A DNA stretch of 64,000 nucleotides from Anaerolineales bacterium (GCA_016789175.1 JAEURK010000122.1:718-64717); one strand, 5' to 3'. Positions 18,932 through 27,217 are shown, counted from the stretch's first letter. Numbers and translations are program-made. Notes: generated from the letters alone by a model not told the origin.

Positions 18932-20284
18932 TTACAACCCGCGCGCGCGGGCATAGTCCTCCGGGGTGTCGATGTCGAGCAGGATGGCATTGTCGGGCGC
19001 CACCACGTTCTCGACCGGGAGACCTGCCAGCGCCTGGCGCGGGTTGGCGTTGGCGGCCAACGCCATCACGCGCGGCCAGACGGCGCGATCCAACAACAGC
19101 GGGTGTCCACGCTTATCGCCATGCACAGGCGCCACGACCGGCGCCAACGTCTCGCGCCAACGCTGCACGAGATCGCCGATGACCGCCGTCGGCATGAGCG
19201 GTTGATCGCCAAGCGCAACCAGAGCCGCCTCGGGGGCGGTCTGCAGCGCCTTCAAGCCCGTCTGCAGCGAACGCCCCATCTCCGCTTCTGCGAAGTCCGG
19301 GTTATGCACGAAACTCAGACGCGGGTCGCCCTCGGCCGCGGCGCGCGCCACCGCTTCGATCCGCTCGCGCTCGGCGCCCGTCACGACCACGATCTCGGTC
19401 ACCGGCGTGGCGCGCAGGCGCGTCAGCACGGCGCCCAGGATCGTGCCACCCTCGGCCCATTCCATCAGGAGCTTCGGCTGCCCCATCCGCGTCGACTGGC
19501 CCGCCGCCAGGACGACGGCGCCGACCCGACCGTGCACCTCGGCCACGGCGTTGGGTTTGCGCGCCGTGCCGAGCAGGACGGTGTTGATCCGCGGCTCAAG
19601 CAGCAGACGCTGTGCGATCCCACGGCCGATCTCGAGCCGCCGCGGCAGATCGACCCGATTGAGGAAGACGGCCACGCGGGCACCCTTGGGCACGCCTTTC
19701 AGACCGCCCTCGGGATGGGCCAGCACCCGTGCCAACACGTCGGCAGTGACGTCGTGGCCCACGTCGACATTTGCCAGCTCGGCGGCCCGCGCGGCGTTGT
19801 GCACGTTCAGGTCGATGATGGCCTCGCCGATGGCTTCCAGGTTGGCCATGACGACGACCAGGGTCGTCGCGGGCGGCACGGCCGGCTCGTCACCGAGCGG
19901 GGCCTTGAACAGACGGCGATTGCCACTGTCGGTCTTGATCAACAGGGCGCCCAATTTAGGAACCGTCAGCAAGTCGTCGATCAGGCCGGCAGTCACCGGC
20001 GCGGCGCTATCGATCGCCCGGTCGACCGGACCGGTGACGAAGAGGTGGGTGTGACGATCGAGCGCGGCCTCCACCCGGCCGCGGTTGGCCTCGGCCGACG
20101 AGAAATGGCGCGGCGCCCGCTCAATCAGGGCCGGTGACACCTTGACGGTCGTGGTCGTCAGCACCGTCCGGCCATGCTCGGCCAAATCATCGGCCAGTCG
20201 GAACATGGCTGTCGTTTTGCCGCCGGCACCGGTGAAAGCCACCACCTCGCCGTCGTCGATTCGAAGAGCTTGGAACAATCGCAT
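18932..20284 (-). CDS. YqeC-like accessory protein fused to MocA-like molybdenum cofactor cytidylyltransferase
   Basis: About 450 aa from ATG 20284. N-terminal VVAFTGAGGKTTAMFRLA (YqeC P-loop type). C-terminal VVLAAGQSTRMGQPK...ALGDQP...DIDTPEDY (MobA/MocA type). Confidence 0.75.
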   Translation of the reverse strand: MRLFQALRIDDGEVVAFTGAGGKTTAMFRLADDLAEHGRTVLTTTTVKVSPALIERAPRHFSSAEANRGRVEAALDRHTHLFVTGPVDRAIDSAAPVTAGLIDDLLTVPKLGALLIKTDSGNRRLFKAPLGDEPAVPPATTLVVVMANLEAIGEAIIDLNVHNAARAAELANVDVGHDVTADVLARVLAHPEGGLKGVPKGARVAVFLNRVDLPRRLEIGRGIAQRLLLEPRINTVLLGTARKPNAVAEVHGRVGAVVLAAGQSTRMGQPKLLMEWAEGGTILGAVLTRLRATPVTEIVVVTGAERERIEAVARAAAEGDPRLSFVHNPDFAEAEMGRSLQTGLKALQTAPEAALVALGDQPLMPTAVIGDLVQRWRETLAPVVAPVHGDKRGHPLLLDRAVWPRVMALAANANPRQALAGLPVENVVAPDNAILLDIDTPEDYARARGL

Positions 20285-20490
20285 GTGAAGATTCTCACTC
20301 AAAGTGCGCGGAATGCAAGGCGCAGGCTGCGTGGCGCTTCGGGCATGGCGCTGTTCTTCACCTGGCGCTTTGTGCCAGACGCGTGACGCGGGTTGCCTGA
20401 CGTGTACACCTGACGCCTTCTGCCCAACGTGCCCTGCCTGATGTGTGCTACCCGGTGAGTGGGCTCTACACGCGGCTCTTCGATCTAACT

Positions 20491-20557
20491 CCCCCTCCAG
20501 GAAAACGCGCAACAAGCCGGTTCTGAGCCCAACCGGTACACGTTTCCCTGGAGGGGG
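20491..20557 (-). terminator. large hairpin downstream of the ankyrin gene (candidate operon terminator)
   Basis: 17-bp arms CCCCCTCCAGGAAAACG (20491-20507) and CGTTTCCCTGGAGGGGG (20541-20557) with one mismatch. An inner small hairpin CCGGTT...AACCGG sits in the loop. Confidence 0.45.
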
Positions 20558-20575
20558 CCGGTGGGTTGCCGGCCG

Positions 20576-21454
20576 TCATGCCACATCGGCCTCCCGCAAC
20601 CGCGCGACGTCCAGCGGCGTGGCCCCCTTGGGATACGGCCCAAAGGCGACCCGCAGCCGTTTGGTCTGGCTCGCGCCAGCGCGGATGAGGTCCTGCGCCA
20701 GCGCCACATGTCCGTTGGCGGCGGCCTCGTGCAGGGGCGTGAAGCCGTATCGATCCTGCGGGTCGGGCCGGGCGCCGGACTTGAGCAGCCGCCGCGCCAG
20801 AGCGCGATCGCCGGAGTGGGCGGCATAGTGCAGAACGGTCAGGCCGAGGTGGTCGCGGGCGTCGAGGTCGATGTCCGTGGCCTTCAGCAACAACGCGATC
20901 ACGGGCCCGGCGCCCCGGTCGACGGCGCCGAACAGCGCGGTCTGCCGGTACTGGGCCGTGCGCGCGTTGACGTCGACACCCTGTCGCAGCAGGTAGCGCG
21001 CGACGCCCAACAGCCGATCCCGCAGCGCCTGCGCTTCGGCGGCGGCCCGGGAGGTCTCGGCCTCGTTTGCGCCGGCGCGGGCCCAGGCATCGGCGATGAC
21101 ATACAACAGCGGCACCCCGGCCCGGCGTTCGACCGCGAGCCGGGCTCCCGCGGCGTGCAGGGCCCGAACCGTCGGAAGCGCGCCGGCATAGGCCGCGGCC
21201 GCGATCGGCGGCACGATCTCGGCGGACCAGGCGTTCACGTCCGCGCCGGCGGCGATCAGGGCCCGCGCCAGACGGGCTCGCTCGGCCTCGCTTTCGAACA
21301 CACCGCGACAGACGTAATGCAGGGCCGTGTCGCCGTCGACCTCGCGCATCCGCACGGCAACGCGCCGCCGGCCGGCCGGGAGCGCGCGCAGGTCAGCCCA
21401 GAGCGCGGACCACTCGCCGGCGGCTGCCCATTCGAGCAGGGTGCGTTCACTCAT
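20576..21454 (-). CDS. ankyrin repeat protein
   Basis: 292 aa. Repeated TALHYV/TVLHYAAHSGD/TPLHEAAANGH...LIAAGADVNA patterns. Confidence 0.8.
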   Translation of the reverse strand: MSERTLLEWAAAGEWSALWADLRALPAGRRRVAVRMREVDGDTALHYVCRGVFESEAERARLARALIAAGADVNAWSAEIVPPIAAAAYAGALPTVRALHAAGARLAVERRAGVPLLYVIADAWARAGANEAETSRAAAEAQALRDRLLGVARYLLRQGVDVNARTAQYRQTALFGAVDRGAGPVIALLLKATDIDLDARDHLGLTVLHYAAHSGDRALARRLLKSGARPDPQDRYGFTPLHEAAANGHVALAQDLIRAGASQTKRLRVAFGPYPKGATPLDVARLREADVA

Positions 21455-21539
21455 CTCGCTTGCTCCGACGAAACGAATGTGCCAGGGATCGAGGCTTCAC
21501 CCGACCCTGGCACATTCGCATTGACCGATAGGGTTGGCG

Positions 21540-22271
21540 TCAGGCGGCCGGTTTGTCGCCCTCAGCCGGCTTAGGCGCGGCGGGCTTGGGGGCTGCCGCC
21601 GGCTTGGCCGGGGCGGCCCCACCCTCGGCCGCCGGCTTCGCAGCCGCAGCGGGTTTGGCAGCCGCAGCCGCGGCCTTGGCGGCCTTCTTGGCCTCTTCTT
21701 CGGCCCGGATCGTTTCCTCACGCTGGAAGTTGCGCGGCCGGATCGAGGCGTAGTAGCTGAGCGGCTTGCCCAACGCCTCTTTGTTCATGATGTGCTTGAC
21801 CGTGCGATCGTACGAGGCCATCTCATAGTTATGGTCCATCTTGATCGCGTCGAACGGGCAGAACTCGGCGCAAAAGCCGCAATTCATGCAGATGTCGATA
21901 TCGATGTGGAACTCGCGCGGCTGCGGCACCGGTCGACCGGTCTTTGGATCGTTGGTGCGCTCGATCCAGATGCACTGCGGCGGGCAGACCTTGGCGCAGA
22001 TGCCGCACGACGTGCAGCGGAAGTCCTTCTCGGTACCCTTCTCTTCGTACACCAGGAACGGCGTAAACCGAAATTCCTCGGGCACCGGCATCTTCTCGTC
22101 CGGGTACATCACGGTCATGGCGCCCTTGCCCTTGGGCCCCTGCCGCGTCAACAGATGCTTCGGATCCGAGCTGTAGTACTTACGGCCCAAATACTTCAGG
22201 TCGTCCGCGTAGCTGCCCAGCAGGTGCCGCAGCACCACGCCCATGCCCTTGAGGATTCCAGTTCCGAACAT
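21540..22271 (-). CDS. nuoI: NADH-quinone oxidoreductase subunit I (2x[4Fe-4S]) with Ala/Lys/Pro-rich C-terminal tail
   Basis: CTSCGICAKVCP and CMNCGFCAEFCP. Preferred ATG at 22271 with GAGAGG 4 nt upstream; the track start at 22286 is also possible. Confidence 0.9.
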   Translation of the reverse strand: MFGTGILKGMGVVLRHLLGSYADDLKYLGRKYYSSDPKHLLTRQGPKGKGAMTVMYPDEKMPVPEEFRFTPFLVYEEKGTEKDFRCTSCGICAKVCPPQCIWIERTNDPKTGRPVPQPREFHIDIDICMNCGFCAEFCPFDAIKMDHNYEMASYDRTVKHIMNKEALGKPLSYYASIRPRNFQREETIRAEEEAKKAAKAAAAAAKPAAAAKPAAEGGAAPAKPAAAPKPAAPKPAEGDKPAA

Positions 22272-22287
22272 AGCACCTCTCGACATT

Positions 22288-22346
22288 GCTGATTGCCGAT
22301 TTCTGATTAGCGGAAGTCAATCAGCAATCAGAAATCGCCAATCAGC
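22288..22346 (-). promoter_or_regulatory. intercistronic 21-bp inverted repeat between nuoCD and nuoI
   Basis: GCTGATTGCCGATTTCTGATT (22288-22308) and AATCAGAAATCGCCAATCAGC (22326-22346), with one central mismatch and a 17-nt loop. AT-rich island in a 67-nt spacer, ending just upstream of the nuoI start. Confidence 0.5.
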
Positions 22347-22353
22347 GATCAAA

Positions 22354-24117
22354 TCACCGGTCCACTTCGCCCAATACGATATCGATGCTGCCCAGGATGG
22401 CCACGACGTCGGCGACCTTCCAGCCCTCGCAGGCCTTGCCAAGCGAGGTCAGGTTGATGAAGCTGGGGGCGCGGACGTGGTAGCGGTATGGGTTCGGCTT
22501 GCCGTTCGAGACGGTATAGAACCCGAGCTCGCCCTTCGGGCTCTCGATTCGGCCATAGGCCTCGCCGGCCGGCACCCGCGCCTGGTACTGCTGCTTGCCC
22601 GAAAGGATCTCGCCCTCGGGCAATTGAGTCAGCGCCTGCTGCAGGATCTTGACGCTCTCGCGCGCCTCGAACACGCGCACCTTGTACCGATCGAACAGGT
22701 CACCCGTCTGACCCAGCGCGATATTGAAGTCGAAGCGATCGTAGATGCCGTAGGGCTCGGCCTTGCGAATGTCGTAGGGCACACCCGCAGCGCGCAGGAT
22801 CGGCCCGGAGACGCTGTAGCCGATCGCATCGGCAGCCGACAACGCGGCAACCCCGATACACCGGGAGCGCACGATCTCGTTGTCGGTGAGATAGGCCTCG
22901 ATCTCATCGATCTTGCGCGGCAGGCGCTCGAAGGCCAACTCCTTGAGGGTCTCGAGCGCGCCCGGAGGCAGATCGCGCGAGACGCCGCCGAAGCGCATGT
23001 AGTTGACCATCATGCGCGAGCCGGCGGTGGCCTCGAACACGTCGAGGATCATCTCGCGCTCGGTCATCATGTACAGCGCCGGGGTGAAGAAGGCGCCGAG
23101 GTCGTTGAGGAAGAAACCGATCCACCACAGGTGGCTGGCCACGCGCGTGAACTCATCCATGATCACGCGCAGGTATTCGGCGCGCTCGGGCACCTTGGCG
23201 CCCATCAACTTCTCGACCGCCATCACGTACCCGTGGTTGTTGCACATCGGGGTGAGGTAGTCGAGCCGGTCGGTGAACGGGATGTTCTGGATGAAGGTGT
23301 TGCGCTCGCCGATCTTCTCGTGATTGCGGTGCAGGTAGCCCATCACCGGATCGAGCTTGACGATCGTCTCGCCGTCGAGCGTGACGATCAGGCGCAGCAC
23401 GCCGTGCGTCGAAGGGTGTTGCGGGCCGAGGTTGACCGTCACGTAGTCGGTCTGCATGCCCTCGGTCGTCAGGCCCTTGCCGTCGACCGGCATCGCGTCG
23501 TACATGGTGCGGTCCGACTCTTCCGACCAACCCTCGAGCGTGAAGCCGTCGGGATAGGCGACGTTGTTGCCGAACGGGTTCTTGTCTTCGACCCGGTGCA
23601 CCTGGCCGCCCGGCCAGCGCGTGTCGTAGGGCTTGGAATCCTGCTCGAAGTAGGCTTCCTTCCAGTCCTTGCGCATCGGGTGGCCGTGAAAGCCCTCCCA
23701 CATCAGGATGCGCCTCAGGTTCGGATGCCCCGTGAACTTGATGCCGTACAGGTCCCAGGCTTCGCGCTCCTGAAAGTCGGCGCCCGGGAAGATCGGGGTC
23801 AGGCTGGGCAGCACCGGCGCGTCGTGGCTGGTCTGCGCGTGCAGCACGATCGCGCCGCCCCCGGCATCCAGATTATAGAGATGGTAGACCATCTCCATCT
23901 GGCCCTGCTCGAGGTAATGCACGGGTGTCGCAGCTGACAGAAACTTGAAGTTGTAGCGATCGCGCAACGCCGTCGCAACTTCGACCAGGTGCTTGGGCTT
24001 GACGGTGTAGCCCGAATAACCCTTGCGGGTTTCGACGCTGACCGCATCGGGAAAGGCCTCGTGGAGCTTGACGTCCTCGGCCTTGAGCTTGAGGTTGGAG
24101 AGTTCAGCAGTGGCCAT
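22354..24117 (-). CDS. nuoCD: NADH-quinone oxidoreductase fused subunit C/D
   Basis: 587 aa. N-terminal NuoC-like region ([14 protein letters not shown]). NuoD region [15 protein letters not shown]...DRLDY...VLGEVDR at the C-terminus. Confidence 0.9.
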   Translation of the reverse strand: MATAELSNLKLKAEDVKLHEAFPDAVSVETRKGYSGYTVKPKHLVEVATALRDRYNFKFLSAATPVHYLEQGQMEMVYHLYNLDAGGGAIVLHAQTSHDAPVLPSLTPIFPGADFQEREAWDLYGIKFTGHPNLRRILMWEGFHGHPMRKDWKEAYFEQDSKPYDTRWPGGQVHRVEDKNPFGNNVAYPDGFTLEGWSEESDRTMYDAMPVDGKGLTTEGMQTDYVTVNLGPQHPSTHGVLRLIVTLDGETIVKLDPVMGYLHRNHEKIGERNTFIQNIPFTDRLDYLTPMCNNHGYVMAVEKLMGAKVPERAEYLRVIMDEFTRVASHLWWIGFFLNDLGAFFTPALYMMTEREMILDVFEATAGSRMMVNYMRFGGVSRDLPPGALETLKELAFERLPRKIDEIEAYLTDNEIVRSRCIGVAALSAADAIGYSVSGPILRAAGVPYDIRKAEPYGIYDRFDFNIALGQTGDLFDRYKVRVFEARESVKILQQALTQLPEGEILSGKQQYQARVPAGEAYGRIESPKGELGFYTVSNGKPNPYRYHVRAPSFINLTSLGKACEGWKVADVVAILGSIDIVLGEVDR

Positions 24118-24157
24118 GATTTCGGTGTGACCTGCCTGTTTCGCGGATGCGCTGACG

Positions 24158-24859
24158 TCAGCCGGCGGCCGGCGGTTCGGTTGCGGCGGGTTCGACCGCG
24201 GGCGCCGCGACCAGAGCGGCCTGCTCTACTAGAGCAGCCTGCTCGGCCGCGCGCTGGCGCAGCAGCCCGGCGTGACGCGGGTCGATCAGATCCGGGCCGA
24301 GAATCGGAACCGGGATCGGCTCCTCGGCGCCCGGCTGGTACCAGCGCACGGTCCGGATCGACTGGGAGTCGATCTTCTTCTGCAATGTGATCAGGCCGTG
24401 CAGCAGCGCCTGCGGAGTGGGCGGGCAACCCGGCACGTACACGTCGACCGGCAGGAACTTGTCGATGCCCGACACGACGTTGTAGCCGTCCTTGAAGGGC
24501 CCGCCGCCGCTGGCGCAGGCGCCCATGGCCATGACGTACTTGGGTTCGGGCATCTGGTTGTACAGGCGCACGATCTGGGGCACCATCTTCTTTGTCACGG
24601 TGCCCGAGACGATCATCAAGTCTGCCTGGCGGGCCGACGGTCGCATGACCTCCATGCCAAAGCGGCTCAGGTCGAAGCGGGCCGCTGCCGTGCAGATCAT
24701 TTCGATCGCGCAACAGGCCAGGCCGAAGAGCATCGGCCACAGCGAATTGCGCCGGCTCCAGTTGTAGATCTTGTCGATCGAGGTGACGATCAGGTTGCCC
24801 TCGATCTCAGCCGGGACTTTGATGTCGGGGTTGGCAAGTTCCTTGGCGATGCTGCTCAT
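24158..24859 (-). CDS. nuoB: NADH-quinone oxidoreductase subunit B with extended C-terminus
   Basis: [15 protein letters not shown]...[10 protein letters not shown]...PGCPP (N2 cluster ligands). The ATG at 24859 overlaps the iscX-like TGA (ATGA). Confidence 0.9.
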   Translation of the reverse strand: MSSIAKELANPDIKVPAEIEGNLIVTSIDKIYNWSRRNSLWPMLFGLACCAIEMICTAAARFDLSRFGMEVMRPSARQADLMIVSGTVTKKMVPQIVRLYNQMPEPKYVMAMGACASGGGPFKDGYNVVSGIDKFLPVDVYVPGCPPTPQALLHGLITLQKKIDSQSIRTVRWYQPGAEEPIPVPILGPDLIDPRHAGLLRQRAAEQAALVEQAALVAAPAVEPAATEPPAAG

Positions 24860-25065
24860 AAAGTCGTCCTGCTCTCGTACCACTCCTGATAGATGGCTTC
24901 AAGCAAATCGTCGTTCGCGAGCTCGGGTTCGTCTTTGAAATCCGGGAGGGAGATTACCCAATTGTAGACCAGATTAAGGGTGACCTCTTCGAGTCCCACG
25001 TCGGGATGCTCGGCCTCCAATCGCCGCGCAACGGCATAGGCTGAGTCCCAATACAGATCATCCAT
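24856..25065 (-). CDS. IscX-like (YfhJ) Fe-S assembly accessory protein
   Basis: 69 aa. [23 protein letters not shown]...[12 protein letters not shown]...LLEAIYQEW parallels the E. coli IscX pattern W-DS...YPD.D...W...L.DF.DDP...LEAI..W. Confidence 0.65.
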   Translation of the reverse strand: MDDLYWDSAYAVARRLEAEHPDVGLEEVTLNLVYNWVISLPDFKDEPELANDDLLEAIYQEWYESRTTL

Positions 25066-25108
25066 CGCTCCCGCCCTGCCCTGCCCGCGGAGGACGATCA
25101 GACATGCG

Positions 25109-25153
25109 GGTGCTCCGTGGTTTCGGGGCTGGGCCCCAAAACCACGGAGCACC
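25109..25153. repeat. long hairpin/palindrome in the divergent iscX-like / sufR-like intergenic region
   Basis: GGTGCTCCGTGGTTT (25109-25123) pairs with AAACCACGGAGCACC (25139-25153). Inner GGGGC/GCCCC extension after one mismatch, 3-nt loop. Confidence 0.6.
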
Positions 25154-25299
25154 CCACGCTTTCCGTCATTCCCCTGCCGCCGGGCCAAAGTCGCTCGTGA
25201 CAGATTTCGCAATTGAATTATATCTGTCGGATTTGTTGTGTCAAATTGGAGGCGCCAAAACGTGCTATTCTTTGGGCAGAACTGATAAGTCAGGCGCAT

Positions 25300-25329
25300 T
25301 TGACAAAAAAAGATCCGCGACGCTAGAAT
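25300..25329 (+). promoter_or_regulatory. candidate sigma70-type promoter for the SufR-like gene
   Basis: TTGACA (25300-25305), 18-nt spacer, TAGAAT (25324-25329). Lies in an AT-rich stretch 26 nt before the ATG. Confidence 0.45.
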
Positions 25330-25354
25330 TCCAAGCAGGAACGATACAGTCAGC

Positions 25355-25996
25355 ATGCAAGCAACACGGCAGCAGATCCTCGAATACCTCAAGGTCCACG
25401 GGCCCTCCACGGTCGACCAATTGGCCGAGGTGCTCGAGTTGAGCCCCGTCACCGTTCGACATCATCTCGACATCCTGCGCAGCGAAGAGCTGATCGGTGA
25501 GCCGGTCGTGCGGCGGCGCGCGACACGCGGGCGGCCGCAACACCTCTTTGCGCTGACCGACAAGGCCTCCAGCCACTTCCCGAAGCGTTACCACGAGCTG
25601 GCGAACGGCCTGTTGAGCCAGATCAAACAGCATGCCGACGATCGCACCGTCAATGTGATCTTCGCCGGGTTGAGCGACGCGATGTTGGCCGAAGCGCCGC
25701 GTCCGGACGACGCCAGCCCGCTCCCGGCCCGGCTTACGCAGGCCGTGGCCTACCTCAACACCCAGGGCTACGTCGCGCGCTGGTCGACCGTCGACGACGG
25801 CTTCGTGGTCCACACCTGCAATTGCCCGTTTGAGGCCGTCGCATCCGATCACGGTGAGTTGTGCGGGCTCGACGCCCGCCTGATCAGCACCCTGGTCGGC
25901 TCGCCCGTAGAGCGTCGCACCCATTTTGCCGAGGGCGACGCCAGCTGCACGTACTTCGTGGCTGGCTCGGTCGGGGCCCAGGCCGCCGGGAATTGA
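25355..25996 (+). CDS. winged-helix transcriptional regulator, SufR-like (N-terminal HTH, C-terminal Cys cluster)
   Basis: 213 aa. QQILEYLKVHGPSTVDQLAEVLELSPVTVRHHLDILRSEELI...GRPQHLFALT. C-terminal cysteines HTCNCP...ELCG...ASCTY. Confidence 0.6.
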   Translation: MQATRQQILEYLKVHGPSTVDQLAEVLELSPVTVRHHLDILRSEELIGEPVVRRRATRGRPQHLFALTDKASSHFPKRYHELANGLLSQIKQHADDRTVNVIFAGLSDAMLAEAPRPDDASPLPARLTQAVAYLNTQGYVARWSTVDDGFVVHTCNCPFEAVASDHGELCGLDARLISTLVGSPVERRTHFAEGDASCTYFVAGSVGAQAAGN

Positions 25997-26110
25997 CCAG
26001 AGTCCCGTCGCTGAAAAGTTGACAGCGCCGGGTGATCTTGTTACCATTTCGCACGTGTGCGTCCCAAACCGGGCGCATGAGGTTTGACATCACGCGACGC
26101 CGGAGGACAC

Positions 26111-26554
26111 ATGACCACTCAGACTGAAATGCCCACCACCCTGACCGAGCTCACACCCGTCACTGAATCGGTGTTGACGCTTCTGCCGGCTGCAGCGGCC
26201 AAGCTCTCCGAGCTGTTGACTTCCCGCAATCTGACCGATCACGGCCTGCGCGTGTTCGTCTCCGGCGGCGGATGCTCCGGCATGCAATACGGCATGGCGA
26301 TCGAAAAGGACGCCAGCGAGTTCGATACCGTCTTCGAGCAGGCCGGCCTGCGCGTCATCGTCGACCCCACCTCGCTCAGCTATCTCTCGGGCGCCACGAT
26401 CGATTACATCGACAACCTGATGGGCGGCGGTTTCCGGATCGACAATCCGAACGCCGTGTCGACCTGCGGGTGCGGTCATTCGTTCCGCGGCTCGGCCCAG
26501 ACCGAATCCTCGGACGAGGGCGAGAGCTGCGGCAGCGGCTGCGGTTGCCACTGA
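26111..26554 (+). CDS. A-type Fe-S cluster carrier (IscA/ErpA/HesB family) with Cys/Gly-rich C-terminal extension
   Basis: VFVSGGGCSGMQYG...NPNAVSTCGCGHSF. Extra tail SCGSGCGCH. GGAGGA 4 nt before the ATG at 26111. Confidence 0.85.
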   Translation: MTTQTEMPTTLTELTPVTESVLTLLPAAAAKLSELLTSRNLTDHGLRVFVSGGGCSGMQYGMAIEKDASEFDTVFEQAGLRVIVDPTSLSYLSGATIDYIDNLMGGGFRIDNPNAVSTCGCGHSFRGSAQTESSDEGESCGSGCGCH

Positions 26555-26677
26555 GCCGCGCTTCCACTTCGGCGTTCTCCAACGCGACCGGCCCAGGCCG
26601 GTCGCGTTTTAATTTGGGCGCCAATCGGGCTGAATCGGCCGAGATAGGCCCGTAGCTCAGGTGTTCGATTTTTTAAG

Positions 26678-26738
26678 TTGACAGATCGGGTCGGATCCCA
26701 TATAAAGACTATAAGCTATATAACCTTTTAGTTATATA
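26678..26738 (+). promoter_or_regulatory. sigma70-type promoter plus AT-rich palindromic operator upstream of the accessory cluster
   Basis: TTGACA (26678-26683), 17 nt, TATAAA (26701-26706). Perfect inverted repeat TATATAAC-N6-GTTATATA (26717-26738). AAGGAG SD, then ATG at 26753. Confidence 0.6.
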
Positions 26739-26752
26739 AAGGAGCAAACGAC

Positions 26753-27217
26753 ATGATCGACACCCCGAACATCCTGACCACGCCCGGACAGCGGACCGCT
26801 GTAATCCGCATCACAGTGCCCCGCGCCGAGATCCAGGTCGTCATGGGGCCGGGCTATCAGGAGTTGATGGAGACCCTCAAGGCACAGGGCATCCAGCCGA
26901 CCGGCCCCTGGTTCACGCATCATCTGCGCATGAATCCCGATGTCTTCGACTTCGAGCTGGGCGCGCCCGTCGACGCCAGCGTCAGCCCCGCGGGTCGAGT
27001 CACGCCCGGTTCGCTGCCCGCCACGCGCGTCGCCCACACGACCTATCGTGGCCCATATGAAGGTCTCGGCGAAGCCTGGGGTGCCTTCCAGACCTGGATG
27101 GCGGCCCAAGCCCTCACGACAGCCGACGACCTGTGGGAGGTCTACACGGCCGGGCCCGAGACCGGCCCCGATCCCGCAACCTGGCGGACCGACCTGTATC
27201 AACCGCTGACCAGCTGA
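26753..27217 (+). CDS. GyrI-like small-molecule-binding domain protein
   Basis: 154 aa. Pattern typical of GyrI-like/AraC effector-binding domains (...PWFTHHL...YRGPYEGLGEAWGAFQTWM...EVY). Confidence 0.7.
   Translation: MIDTPNILTTPGQRTAVIRITVPRAEIQVVMGPGYQELMETLKAQGIQPTGPWFTHHLRMNPDVFDFELGAPVDASVSPAGRVTPGSLPATRVAHTTYRGPYEGLGEAWGAFQTWMAAQALTTADDLWEVYTAGPETGPDPATWRTDLYQPLTS

Noticed and set aside
18164-20137. Very long antisense ORFs opposite real genes. Examples: 2396-3382, 13489-14739, 18164-20137, 22243-23937, 32430-34262, 34458-37037, 36904-38214, 43264-44718, 47496-48629.
   Set aside because: Their translations are Arg/Gly/Pro/His-rich low-information strings with no motifs. The opposite strand encodes clearly recognisable proteins (CheA, NuoCD, Tal-Pgi, Tkt, Tig, RlmN and others). 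This is the typical stop-codon-poor antisense frame of GC-rich DNA.
26647-26700. tRNA-like fragment: GGCCCGTAGCTCAGGTG (typical tRNA 5' acceptor/D-arm start) followed by GGGTCGGATCCCA (T-arm-like), just upstream of the accessory cluster.
   Set aside because: Only about 54 nt long. It has no D-stem closure, no anticodon arm, a 3-bp T-stem at best and no complementary 3' acceptor strand. The same bases form the TTGACA/TATAAA promoter. It is not a tRNA gene, and there is no supporting direct repeat or integrase to call it an att remnant.
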